In this document: positions 1 to 12,186 of the stretch, piece after piece | Numbering within the stretch: the first letter of the stretch is position 1 | Layout of the letters: each line of letters opens with the position of its first letter | Source: Squalus acanthias | Lineage: Eukaryota | DNA: 64,000 nucleotides | Direction: 5' to 3' | Assembly: GCA_030390025.1 (NCBI GenBank) | Contig: CM059435.1 | Span: 14,818,001-14,882,000, forward strand | Notes under the pieces: generated by a model | Told to the model about the DNA's origin: nothing | What the model saw: only the letters and a program-made list of their open reading frames with translations | The model's database searches: none | Position numbers and translations under genes: made by a program

Positions 1-120
1 TATACACCTCAATTAAATCTCCCCTCTGCCTCCTCTGTTCCAAAGAACACAACCCCATCCTATTCAATCTTTCCTCCATAGCTAAAATTCTCTAGTCCTG
101 GCAACATCCTCGTAAATCTC
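1..120 (-). mobile_element. CR1 LINE ORF2 C-terminal fragment, cut by the window edge
   Basis: Reverse complement reads RFTRMLPGLENFSY..ERLNRMGLCSLEQRRQRGDLIEVY, the same CR1 motif as in other copies here. Confidence 0.8.
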
Positions 121-1390
121 CAGAACTGAACTTTAACAGTAGAATAACATAGTGATTTACATAGTATAAAACAACACCTCCTCTGGTGTACCATGAGCAG
201 AGCCATAGTTAGGATTCGTGTGTGTGTTTAAATTTGCAATAGTTACTTTTTCAAAATCAATCTACTTTTCAGTGGGGAATTAATTGATCTGTGTCAATTG
301 TTGCTTTAATCATACAATTGACCTTTCATGACCTTTGGTTTGCATTATGGCATTGCTTGTGGCTTAAGAGAATCCAGAACAGGGCAGGGCCATTCAGCTC
401 ACTCCCTTCAGAGTCCATGCCTGATTATTCTATCTTGGTCTTCCCTCCCTCACCCCTGTTGAGTCCCTACTTCAGGGGAACATTTTTTCCTTCACTGCAC
501 TCTACTGGGGGAATAGGAAGTTCAAGCAGTTTTATTATTCACTAAAACCCTCCATCTCACTTCTCATCAGGTATTGATGCCATTCTTTTTAAAGATGCCA
601 GTTAACCCTGAGTCTATTATCTTCTCTGGGAGTTCACTCCAAATATCCATTATCCTATTTTTTGGGTCGGCGTTCTAATTTCTAACCTTGTTCAAGGCTT
701 GTGAATTTTGTACTTCTATCCTCCAGTCCTCTGTCAAAGATAAATAGTTTGTTTATTTTCTTCTCATCTATACCTTTCATTTATCTTTTTTCATGTCTCG
801 GTCTTCAGCAAATTTAGTCATTTGAGCCCTTCTTTGGTCTAGTGGGGTCGGTCTGCCGCTGTTCAGGCAGAGGGTAATCGCTTTCTTCAGACTTTAGTGT
901 TTTTCATAAATTTGTATGATCACGTTCGTGAAATGCTGCTACTCTTTTGCCACTGAACTTCTGAAGGAAGAAACTATGTAGCCCTTGTGATATAGTGCCA
1001 CCTCGTGTTCAAGATATATAATACCAATTCCAATGAAGTTATTTCAAAACCAGTGCAACATCGAGTTTTGCAGTTGGCTGTGTATGAATGTTCCAATAAT
1101 ATTTTTGAGACCGTTTTCAAAGTAAAGCTGGCTATGCTTAATTTCCTGTCTGTACTGTTGAGGCTTTTCAACACAGTCTGATTGTTTCATTGTCATAATG
1201 TATGTTGCAAATAAAAAAGGGCTCCATTCTTCAGTTCTTTCTCGCCATGAAGCATAGCATCTCCTAACTCAGGGGAGAGCCAGCAAAATGTTCCCAGATC
1301 TCATCATGCTGTCTGTATAAGTAGCTGCCAGGTGTGCTGGTCGAGTTGCCCTTTCAAATGCTATTCATATTCTAAAACCTGCAGTGTTGA

Positions 1391-1738
<348 letters not shown>

Positions 1739-2424
1739 TGAGAGTTGATCTTTTATTATATATGGTCATTTGTTTTTAATAAGATTCCTGTGCACCAATC
1801 CACACTGGATGTAACACTGATTCAGCTGGTTCCCTTGGCAGACAGAGTCCCCATTTCTTAAAACATTTGGATTCTGCGTAATGGAAAGCAACAGAAGATA
1901 ACACTGTATACCGTGGACTATTCATCTGAATCCGATGATATGTATTTGTCAGCGGTTCTATGTATAATTTCAGTAAAATGTAACTGTGAAATGTTCATAC
2001 TATGTCCACTTAAAATGGGGGGGGGTGGGGAGGGAAACGACACCCTGCCGTATAATTATGGAGTTTTGTCCTAGACTCGGGCTGTAGCCTATCATGAGCA
2101 CAGCACTAGGGTGAAATACTTTTAATTACAGAACTGTCACTAGTGATGGTAACCATTGGAGGTGATAAATTTAAGGGCTCCACAAAGGAAACATATTGGC
2201 TTAAGCACATTTTTTCACTTTCTTCCTCCTATATTATATTAGTACTGATATACTAAGTGGCTGATTGTAATGCTGACAGGAACGTGTTCATTTAATGGGT
2301 TGCTGTTGGCTTTATAATGAGAAATTCCAGGCCAATTTGTCGACTTGGAACAGTAGCCAGGTGTTTTTTTTTAATTCAATGGCATTCTTATACCAGCAGT
2401 TTAAAAACAAAATCCTGTCCTCCT

Positions 2425-2780
2425 GGATTTGTGAGTAGCTGAGCCATATAGAGCGAGAGGGTACCAGGTTCAGTCCGGTCTGTGCTGTGGGGTGATGATG
2501 GTGCTGCAATTGGCTTTGACACCTGTGGATTAAGCACAAGAAATATTGGCTAAGGTTCCTGCTTCTGACGTGCATTTTCAACAGGGATTGCTTGTTGGTA
2601 TTGTATGATTGGTGAGGATAGGATTGAGGTCCGCTCGGCTGTGATTTCTCCTCCATAGTATAAGAGCCAGCACACTCGCTGTCAAGGCTCACCCATAATT
2701 AGCCACTTGGGCAACGCACCAGCTGCCTACAGAACCACGTCCCAGCAAGACGTCAATGCCTTCAGGCGAGGAGGAAGGTA
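2425..2780 (+). mobile_element. Old SINE-like repeat, family with core TTCCTGCTCCTGA...GCCTTCAGGAGAGGAGG
   Basis: Collinear motifs shared with degenerate copies at ~7690, ~19615 (minus) and ~46070; family name not assigned. Confidence 0.6.
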
Positions 2781-3109
2781 TCTCCATGGTCGCAGGATTC
2801 GGCTTGTTCACTCAAATTTGACAGATGTTGTGAGTTTAGACTGTTCTTTGCCCATCAGACAAAGAGGTGCTCCATATTAGCAAAGCATTCCATGTACAGG
2901 AGAGGGGAAATGGGCACTGTGGTTCTCCCCATACTCCCGATTATACAGAAGAAGTGGTTGCCGCACTTACCTGTTGAATTGCTGTGGCTTCTATTTATGT
3001 ATCAAAGTTTCATGTCAAAATGTTTAATTAGAATTGACCAGTAAGATTACATAATCTCTTTTTAACATGGGAGTTGAGAGGTGAACTTTAATTCAAGAAT
3101 TAAGAAATA

Positions 3110-3520
3110 AAGTAAGACTTGCACCTTCACAACCTTAGGACGTCCCAAAGTATTTTTTTTGAAGTGTAGTCACTGTTGTAATGTAGGAAACGCAGCAGCC
3201 AATTTGCGCACAGCAAGCTCCCACAAACAGTAATCAAATAAATGACCAGATCATCTGTTTTAGGTGTTGGCCAGGCCACTGGAGAACTCCTCTGCTGTTC
3301 TTTAAATAGTGCCATGGTATCTTGTACATCCACCAGAGAGGGCAAACAGGGCCTCACCTCAATGTCTCATACAAAGGAGAAGACCTCCAACAGTGCAGCA
3401 CTCCCTCAGTACTGCACTGAAGTGCCAGATTAGATTATGTGCTCAAGTCTCTGGAGTGGGGCTTGACCCCACAACGTCTGACTCGGAGGCAACAATGCTG
3501 CGACAGAGCCAAGACTGACA
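3110..3520 (-). mobile_element. DeuSINE (SacSINE1-like)
   Basis: tRNA-like head, Deu-domain-like core and L2-type tail in reverse orientation; matches 37587-38056. Confidence 0.8.
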
Positions 3521-3700
3521 CTTTTGGCCAGGGCACTATTCCCCTCTCACTTGCTGAATGAATAATAGGATCTTGCTTCAACATCTCACTTGAGGAATGG
3601 TTCTCCTCAACATTTCCATCCTGGATGGACTCTGATTCCTACCTGGTACTATTGCAATTTGTCTAGTTGTGGCCTGAATTTACATTTTTCTATTCCAATG

Positions 3701-4170
3701 ACAACAACAACTTGCATTTATGTAGCACCTTTTTATGTAGCAAAACATCCCAAGGCCCTTCACAGGAGCGATTATCAAACAAAATTTGCTCCGGGCCACA
3801 TAAGGAGACATTAGGACAGGTGACCAAAAGCTTGGTCAAATAGGTAGTTTTCAAGGAGTGTATTAAAAGAGGGAGAGAGAGGCAGAGAGGTTTAGGGAGG
3901 GAATTCCAGAGCTTAGGACCTAGGAAGCTGAAGGCACAGCTGCCAATGGTGCAGCGAAGAAAATCGGGGATGCGGAAGAGGCTAGAATTGGAGGAGCGCA
4001 GAGATCTCTGAGGGTTCTAGGGCTGGAGGAGGTTACAGAGATAGGGAGGGGTGAGGCCATGGAGGGATTTGAAAACAAAGATGAGAATTTTAAAATCGAG
4101 GCGTTGCCAGACCGGGAGCCAATGTAGGTCAGTGAGCACAGGGGTGATGGGTGAACGGGACTTGGTGCGA
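3701..4170 (-). mobile_element. L2 LINE 3' fragment
   Basis: Reverse strand encodes L2 C-terminal motif LHWLP..LDFKILI..KSLHGL.PPYL; (TTG)n-type tail. Confidence 0.85.
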
Positions 4171-4405
4171 AGGGGAGAAATTGATACGATGGCTCCCAGG
4201 ATTTTCTCTTGTACTTCCCAGTAGTTGGATCAAAGAAAGTGGTCTGGGAAAAGGTCACCTGTATGCCTTCATAAATAAAATGTTTTTTGTCATTCGGAGG
4301 CGATGAGAAATACAGAAATGTAACAGGAAAAATATTAGTCCTTGAAGCAAAGCAAATTATTTTGATTTCACCTTTTAATAAATACATTTTCTCTTTTACA
4401 TGCAG

Positions 4406-4896
4406 GGCCTGGGTTCCAATAAATAACTGCTACCTCATGTCTAAGGAAATTCCCTTTTCTGTGAAAAAGACTAAAAGTATCTTCAACAGTGCAATGCAAG
4501 AAATGGAGGTGTATGTGGAGAACATTCGTAAAAAGTTTGGAGTATTCAATTATGCATCTTTCCGGTCACCATACACTCCCAACAACCAATTCCAGATGTT
4601 AAAAGACCCCCAGAACCCAGCAGCAGGGACTGCTAAGCCCGATAAATATGAGAAAATTAAATTAAACTTCGATATGACAGCATCACCGAAAATAGTTCTC
4701 AGCAAGCCCATGTTAATCAGCGGCCCCAGTCGGAGAATTTCACTAACGGACATGCCCCGCTCGCCAATGAGCACAAACTCTTCAGTGCACACTGGTTCTG
4801 ATCTAGAAACTGAACCTGCAGAGAAGAGTATGAAAGCGGCTTCCAGTCACTTCAGTGCAAGTGAGGAGTCCATGGATTTCATTGACCGGAGCACAG
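4406..4896 (+). CDS. ZMYND8: ZMYND8 internal exon (PWWP end and linker)
   Basis: ttttacatgcag|G acceptor; [44 protein letters not shown]...[12 protein letters not shown]; G|gtatga donor; 491 nt, phase 2 to 1. Confidence 0.97.
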
Positions 4897-5900
4897 GTAT
4901 GATCCCCCAACTTAAGAATTATCATCTTGGGTGCGTGGGTGGGAGTGGGGGGAGGGGGAGAAAGAGGAGAGGACATAAATCTGCTTTTTTCTGAAAATAT
5001 GTGAAAGCACCCTATGGGAGGGGTTCAACCTCTTTGGCCCCAGCAAAATTTATGCTTATGAATTTGATTGACATAAACTCATTTCTATATAATTCCCTCT
5101 GTTTGCATAATGCAGCTTTGCCAGTAAGTTGTCTCAAAGATATTGGATTTTAGATTACGGTTGATTTTTAGGTTGTCCTCCACTGAGGAAGGCGACTTCT
5201 GTTTTGCAGACTTCATAGTAGAGCAGGGGGTGATACCTGAGCACAGAGCCACAATGACATTATTCATACAGTGAACCGAGATACAGGTGATTGCATCCCT
5301 CTAATTTCATTAGGCGGCAGAAATGATTCATGCTGGCCGGTGTTGGACAGACACTCCAGAGAATTTGTGCAGGCATAGTGAAAAGGTTTAAAAATAGATG
5401 CTCTTGGGTTTTAAATAATACTTTTACATGTCATTTTCATTTGAATGGTGAATACTGCATTGTGGAGATGATGTCACCAGCATGTAAAGGTCGCCCTTCA
5501 AGTAGTGGCGACTGCTGCTTTGTCAGTTGAGTTGCCAACTGTCTCGAGAGATTTGTTCAGAGACTTGTTGCATCATTGTGATTCTAAATGAACAAAAGGG
5601 AAATGTGGGGATATTTGAAGGCTTGCCATTGAATATGGAATTGATCTCGTGAATGAAATTGATCTCGCGAATGAAGGAAGAGTTGTGCAAAGGTCCCTCA
5701 TAGGTCTGATGGATTCCATATTCAGTGGTTAAACAGAAACTTCTGTTCATTGACTGTACACTGTGTGCAGTTGTTGGATAAACAAACCTTTATCCTCCTA
5801 CTGACTTTCTAAGCTCAGTTGTGGCGCAGGTTACAAACCTTGTTGAAAACCTGGAATTCTTCGCCAGTTCCACATTGATCCAGTTTGTTTCCTCTTTCAG

Positions 5901-6050
5901 CTTCTCCTGGATCTGTGAAGACGAGTCACGCTGGCAGTGTGTCGGGCAGCCCAAAACCCTTCTCTCCTCAGTCCTCCACTCCCATTGCTGCTAAATCAGA
6001 AAGGACTTTGAAAACCCCTCCTACGGGCAGCATCCTTAACCTAAACCTTG
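5901..6050 (+). CDS. ZMYND8: ZMYND8 internal exon (missing from the ORF track)
   Basis: cctctttcag|CT acceptor; (A)SPGSVKTSHAGSVSGSPKPFSPQ...GSILNLNL(D); G|gttagt donor; 150 nt, phase 1 to 1. Confidence 0.95.
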
Positions 6051-6831
6051 GTTAGTTGTGACCACAAAATGTTCTTCCATTGGTTTTGTGGTGTTTCTGG
6101 TCAAAGTGCAGTGAGACAAAGAGACTGGGCGGGAGGACTGTGTGTGTGTGTGCATGTTTTATGAGATTGTCCAGGGGTGTATGACATGTCCTGGAAAGGG
6201 GTGAAGGAGGATGAGACTTTGGAGCAAGAAGAGTAATTCCTTTTGGAGGGGTATAGATGTATAGAAATGGAAGTATATTTTCCTTTTAAAAATTGGTACC
6301 AATTTAATGATTCAGCAAATTAGTTCCCAATACCACACCCCCCCATTTATTTTATAGACTTTATGTTTATTCTATATTGGAGGTCACAAGGTACACAGAT
6401 AAACAACAGCCAGCTTTTCCTAAATTTCTCTATATCAAGCACATATTTGTCTAATACAGTGGAGAAACTTGATTTCTGCCTTTGTCTGTTATTTACAAAA
6501 TTACTTTTTCAATGTCTTCAACAGCACTGCTGTTCACTTCCAATTCGGTCCTAAGGTGCCAATAACTTTTCAGGTTCTATTCTATTTATTGGCCTAAGGC
6601 TCATTTGATGAGCCAGCCGAATTGGCAAACTCCTTGTCTTCATACCATCCCTAATGTGCAGCACTTTCGTGCACCAATATACTGTGCCATTGGGCTGCCC
6701 ATGTGGTAAACTGGCTGTGGCTCACCTCGCCATCTTTTCAGATATCTCTAACACAGCTTTGCATCAGCTTGGTTCTGCAAAATTGATCTTGCCGTCTCAC
6801 TAATGTTTTACTCTTTCTTTTCATATAATAG

Positions 6832-6984
6832 ATCGCAGTAAAGCAGAGATGGATCTAAAAGAGCTGAGTGAATCGGTGTTGCAGTCCGCTCCGGTGCTCC
6901 TCACTTCGCCGAAAAAGCAGCCGGTTCGGAGTAGCTTCCTGCTTAACCTCGACAAGACCATAGAAAGTTGTAAAGCACAGCTAG
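6832..6984 (+). CDS. ZMYND8: ZMYND8 internal exon
   Basis: ataatag|AT acceptor; (D)RSKAEMDLKELSESV...LNLDKTIESCKAQL(G); G|gtgaga donor; 153 nt. Confidence 0.95.
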
Positions 6985-7689
6985 GTGAGAATGTGTTGTG
7001 ATTTAACATCATTTGGGGTTTTTTTTTGGAAGATAGGGACGTTTAATTAAAAAGCCTCGACTTCATGAGTTTTGAAACTATCTCCTTCCACAGTTTATTG
7101 GTTAGGAAGGCAGGCGAGTCGGCAGTTTGACAATCTTCCTGTTTAATTGGCTGATAAGATACGTGGTGTTGGAGAGGCAAATTTATTTCCCCTGCACCTT
7201 TTTTTATCAAGATGGAGTACTGCATGTTAATGAACGGTCTAACTGACATTCTGGAAGTGAACTGCTGAAACCCATCCACTGAAGGCAAGTCCAGTATGAA
7301 TGATTTCTGAGGCAGAGAATGGCACTTGTTCCCATCTGGATGGGAGCCTAGCACTCGGCTGCCGGAGTTGCCAGGCCTAAGTCATAATTTAAAAATATTT
7401 TTAACTCTGTTTCACTTGCACATTTACTCTTGCCTATTTTATTTGTATTCAGTTCAATGCAAAGATTTTATCACTTGGTTGTACTGAAGATTTATTGGCA
7501 AGGTGGCTGAATTAAACACTCAACATGTGTCTTGCGCTTTATTAAGCTCTATTCTAGTGCAGCACCCAATCACATTTATGCTATAGCCTCATTTAGAGTA
7601 CAGTACAAGGTACAAAGCCACGCAGCCCAGAAAATATATATTTCAATTTGCAGTTGGTGCTTTTAACTGATAGGCAGAGCTACAGTTAG

Positions 7690-7930
7690 CCCGGCTGGGA
7701 AAAATCAGCTCGAGTTCCTGCTCCTGATAATAACCAGCGACCCCTGCTGGAAGGTACGTGCATGATGTCTGATGAGGACAGATTGCGATCCCTCCATGAC
7801 CAAGTAGCCTGCTGAAGCACATACTCTAAGCTCACACAGAGAAGAGTTGCCACTTGGTTGAATTACCAGAGGGTTTTTTGCAATATTCGGAACAAGAAGC
7901 TATACCTTCAGGTGATGATGGGAGAAACTT
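7690..7930 (+). mobile_element. Old SINE-like repeat, same family as 2425-2780
   Basis: gttcctgctcctgat..ccagcgacccctgctggaa..tgaggacag..gctcacac..gccacttgg..ccttcagg. Confidence 0.6.
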
Positions 7931-8459
7931 AAGGTGGAGGTACACTCATTCATTTGTACACTGCAGTCTTAACATGTTGAGAGGGCTCTATTCAATATTT
8001 GTCTCCTTTGTTTTATTATGGAATCTATTCCCTCATATACTAAACCCTCATTAGTCACCCCATTAACTGCATTCCTTGTGGTTAATTATAATGCTCCCCA
8101 AACACCGAAATGCAGCCTAATCCAGGTTAGATATATTCAGTGATCAATTTTTGATTATTATTCAATTTATGATTGTAATTGCTGCAATTTTACAATCTAT
8201 AGTCCATCGGTGCACCTCAACTTCTACACTAAAAGCCACCATCGGAGCAAATGCAAAGTATCTGGAACTGAATAAAGACATTTCACAAAGTTTGCATTAT
8301 ATTATGCTTAAACAAAAGCAGAAAGCCTGGAGGGATTTTTATTTGTGGGGGTTCAATCTGATCTTGGGGGTTTAGATGACTGTTCTAAATCACAAGTATC
8401 ATCCTTATGGTTTTATGCCTTTTGAGCCCCTGATTTAGAGTTCTGCCTTTTTTCTTTCT

Positions 8460-9140
8460 CTCACAGAGTTAGCATGCAGGTACAGCAAGCAATTAGGAAG
8501 GCAAATGGCATGTTGGACTTTATTGCTAGGGGGTTGGAGTACAAGAGTAAGGAAGTCTTGCTACAATTGTACAGGGCTTTAGCGAGACTACACCTGGAGT
8601 ACTGCGCACAGTTTTGGTCTCCCTATCTACGGAAGGATATATTTGCCTTCGAGGCGGTGCAACGAAGGTTCTCTTGATTGATTCCTGGGATGAGAGGTTT
8701 GTCCTATGAGGAGAGATTGAGTAGATTGGGCCTATACTCTGGAGTTTAGAAGAATGAGAGGTGATCTCATTGAAACATATAAGATTCTGAGGGGGATTGA
8801 CAGGATAGATGCTGAGAGATTGTTTCCCCTGGCTGGAGAGTCTAGAACTAGGGGGCATAGTCTCAGGATAAGGGGTTGGCCTTTTAAGACTGAGATGAGG
8901 AGGAATTTCCTCACTGAGGGTTGTGAATTTTTGGAATTTTCTACCCCAAAGGGCTGTGGATGCTGAGTCTTTTGAATATATTCAAGGTTGAGTTCGATAG
9001 ATTTTTGGACTCTTAGGGAATCAAGGGTTATGGGGATAGGGCAGGAAAGTGGAGTTGAGGTCGAAGATCAGCCATGATCTTATTGAATGGAGTAGCAGGC
9101 TCGAGGGGCCGTGTGGCCTACTCCTGCTCCTATTTCTTAT
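8460..9140 (+). mobile_element. CR1 LINE, 5'-truncated (RT C-terminus and 3'UTR)
   Basis: Frameshifted ORFs 8474-8677 and 8754-8966 (HLEYCAQFWSPY, MRGDLIETYKIL, RTRGHSLRI); CR1 tail gcctactcctgctcctatttcttat. Confidence 0.92.
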
Positions 9141-9450
9141 TTAAATGGAACCACTGTTTAAAAGCATTACCAGGCACAGAGAAAAGTCTTGTCATTTTTG
9201 TTGCACACGTGATGTCATTGTGATCCAATGACTTGTTTTGACACGTTGCATATTATTGCATTGTATATTGGTAAGCAAGAAATGCTACTAATCATGAAGT
9301 TGGTGTCCCCTTGTGCAGGAATATTCCTCTGTTCTGTAATGTTTATAATCATCTTTTGAAGTGTGTAGGTATTTGTTTTGAGGCTTGATTAACGATATTC
9401 AAGATGTTGATTCAGTACTGTCTGAAAAGTGAACGTATTTTTATCCCAAG

Positions 9451-10002
9451 GAATAAATGAAATCTCTGAAGATGTTGATGCAGGAGTTGAACACAGTGAC
9501 TCTGAGGATTCAGAAAAATCGGACACCACTGACAGCGAATATGCCAGCGATGAAGGACCCAAGCTAAATAATGGGCAAGAAGAGGGAGAGGAAAAGGAAG
9601 GTGCCAGGTGTGAGAAGGATTCACCCTTTATGAAAAAGAAGCCAAAGCAGGTAATGGCTCACGGTGAAGTGAAGCAAGAGACCAGTCCAAGTTCTGCTGT
9701 GGGTAAAAATGAGGCGCCTGGAAAGGAAAAGGCAAATGGGGACTCTGACAAAGAACTTGTTGAGAAAATGAAAAGTCTACATCAGGCAGCAAAGGAGAAA
9801 CTAGGGAATAAAGATGAGACTGACTCGCCAACAGTGCACTTGGGACTAGGCTCTGATTCTGATTCTGAGAATGAACTGGTCATAGATCTGGGCGATGAAA
9901 GTAAAGAGGCTGTGAGAGAAGGCAAGAAAGGGGAGAAGAGCAAAAAGGACCCAACTCCAACACCGACACTGAAGGAATCGCCAAGTGCATCAAATACAGA
10001 AA
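9451..10002 (+). CDS. ZMYND8: ZMYND8 internal exon (acidic, disordered region)
   Basis: ttttatcccaag|GA acceptor; (G)INEISED..EHSDSEDSEKSD..KDETDSPTVHLGL..ELVIDLG; A|gtatgt donor; 552 nt, phase 1 to 1. Confidence 0.95.
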
Positions 10003-10964
10003 GTATGTATTTTAAAGCTTTGTTTTTCTTAATGATGTAATACTTTTTCTGTTTATTAAACCTGGCGGTTGTCCAGTAGTGGGTGTGTTTACTACATCAT
10101 GGCTGGATTTCAGGTGCCTTGTGGCACCAGGATGTCATGGATGAGACCTGGTCAAAATTTCCACCCTGGTTAACCAGTTCATTTGGTTTATAGAATTGTT
10201 TAAGGCAATCTGTAACCTGATAATCAAGTACCTTAAGATATAGAAGACACAATTGGATCAGCCAAACATAATTATCTTAATTTAACAAACTGAAAACACG
10301 TTGAGATTTGGAGTTTGAAGTTTTTTAAATCACAAATCGCCAAATAATGATTTTTGTACATTCAGATTGGCTGAGAAGTGGGACCATAGTGGCAACTTCA
10401 AATGGCTGAATCAGAAATTCAGTTTTTTGGTATAGATTTCATTACAATGGTATAATGTGTTGAAGTAAAGGAATGCTTAAAGGGGAAGGAAGGTGTGGGG
10501 AAGTACTTTCTTATTCAAAGTATTTCCCTCTTTTAGTGAAAAAGATTTACTGTCAAAAATCTAGTTTGACATTTTTTGCTTTTAAATGTTAATTTTTGCA
10601 GCTGCACTAAGGCCGTGTCTTCCTTAGTACTAGCTTGATTCATGGTGCAGGAATATAGAGCGTTCTTGTGAGTCTTCATTGCCCCCATTTAAACTGTGGT
10701 AGCCATGGCTTGGGACTGGGCTGAGAACTTGTTGACTACGGGGGGGGTGGGAAAAAAAGTCAAACCAGATTGTTGAGTATATACTTTCACTATAAAATGG
10801 GGGATACCTTGAACAAAAAATTGTCCCCCCCCCCCACCAACTTTCCTGCCTTTTTCAGAGAATTTTATAAAAATAATCAAACCGATAGATATGTGAATCA
10901 AACTGCTGATTATCCTTTTCAACAGTTACAAGGGCAAATATAATAATCCTAATTATGTGTATAG

Positions 10965-11339
10965 GTAAAGCATCACCCACTTCAACTGTGTCCAGCCAAC
11001 CAAAAGGTGAGGTTGCTTCTTCACTCCCCAGTCTCCCAAGCCAGACCCCTTCAACCAGTATTACAACGACTGCCAGTGTTGCGTCTACTGCCACAGTTCC
11101 AGCTGTTGCTGTTAGCAACAGCCCGGTTAAAAAGCAACGGCCTCTATTGCCAAAGGAAACTGTTCCAGCTGTTCAGCGTGCAGTGGTGTGGAATCCCTCG
11201 ACCAAGTTTCAGACCTCCTCACAGAAATGGCACATGCAGAAAGTACAAAGGCAGCAGCAGCAACAGCAAGTGCCAGCGCCGCAGCAGCAACAGTCTCAAA
11301 ACACAGGAACACGATACCAGACAAGGTTGGCTGTGAAAG
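10965..11339 (+). CDS. ZMYND8: ZMYND8 internal exon (S/T-rich and Q-rich); start may be 10926
   Basis: SPVKKQRPLLPKET...KFQTSSQKWHMQK..QQQQ..TRYQTR; G|gtataa donor; two in-frame acceptors (10925 and 10964). Confidence 0.9.
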
Positions 11340-11950
11340 GTATAAATATTTTGAGTGTCTAGCTCTAATTCTAAGAGTCCAAAACATCATTATGTTGGTA
11401 ATGTTGTTAGTATTGATTTTTTTAAAAAAGTCTTTTGCTTTTGTATTAAGGGAAGTAAAGCGAGGCTTAAGGTGGTTATGATAACCCAGTTCGGACTGTG
11501 ATGCAAAGCAGTGCCATATCATGGAATTGAGAGAAATAAACAGTGGGAGATAAGCTCCAGGAGTTAATTGACATCACATTGGATAACTGGGGTTGTACCA
11601 CCTCCAGCCTCTCATAGAAACTAGGCTCCTCTAAGATGGGGGGTGCCAACACTAGGCCAGCCAGCACACCGGGATCTGCCAGTCTCCCTTCTCATCACAG
11701 GAATGACAACCCCCCTGTTCTTTTTCTTTACTCTAGCATTGTGAGCAATATGAAAGTACAGCCCTTGCGTTCGCAATTACTGTGGCCTCTGAAATGGCCA
11801 AAGCTGATCTTGTGCCAGAGGGCTGCCTTGGTCAGGTGTTGAGATTTTAGAATTCTATAACTTGGTAGTCATGCAAGAATACACCAAAGGTGGAGACAAT
11901 GATTCACGTCTCATGCTGATTGCTGACTATGACTTGCTTTCCAATTGCAG

Positions 11951-12147
11951 CTGTGCAACAGAAAGAGGCGACGCTGGCAACTTCAACATCTTCCATCACT
12001 TTGGTTACAAGCAGTTCATCTGCATCCACGGCAGGCAGCAGTTCAGCAGTAGTGAACACAGCTTCCAGTTCAGTCTACAGTACTGATTTACCCATAGCTA
12101 CTCCATCTGCTGATGTTGCTGCTGATCTTACTAAGTATACAAACAAG
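11951..12147 (+). CDS. ZMYND8: ZMYND8 internal exon
   Basis: ccaattgcag|CT acceptor; (A)VQQKE..ITLVTS..DLPIATPSADVAADLTKYTNK; |gtatgt donor; 197 nt, phase 1 to 0. Confidence 0.95.
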
Positions 12148-12186
12148 GTATGTACTGTTACTCACCGTTATTGAATAGATTTGCTA

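Noticed and set aside
5635-5675. Two-copy 17-bp repeat (AATTGATCTCG.GAATG)
   Set aside because: Simple tandem duplication with no spacers; not CRISPR-like
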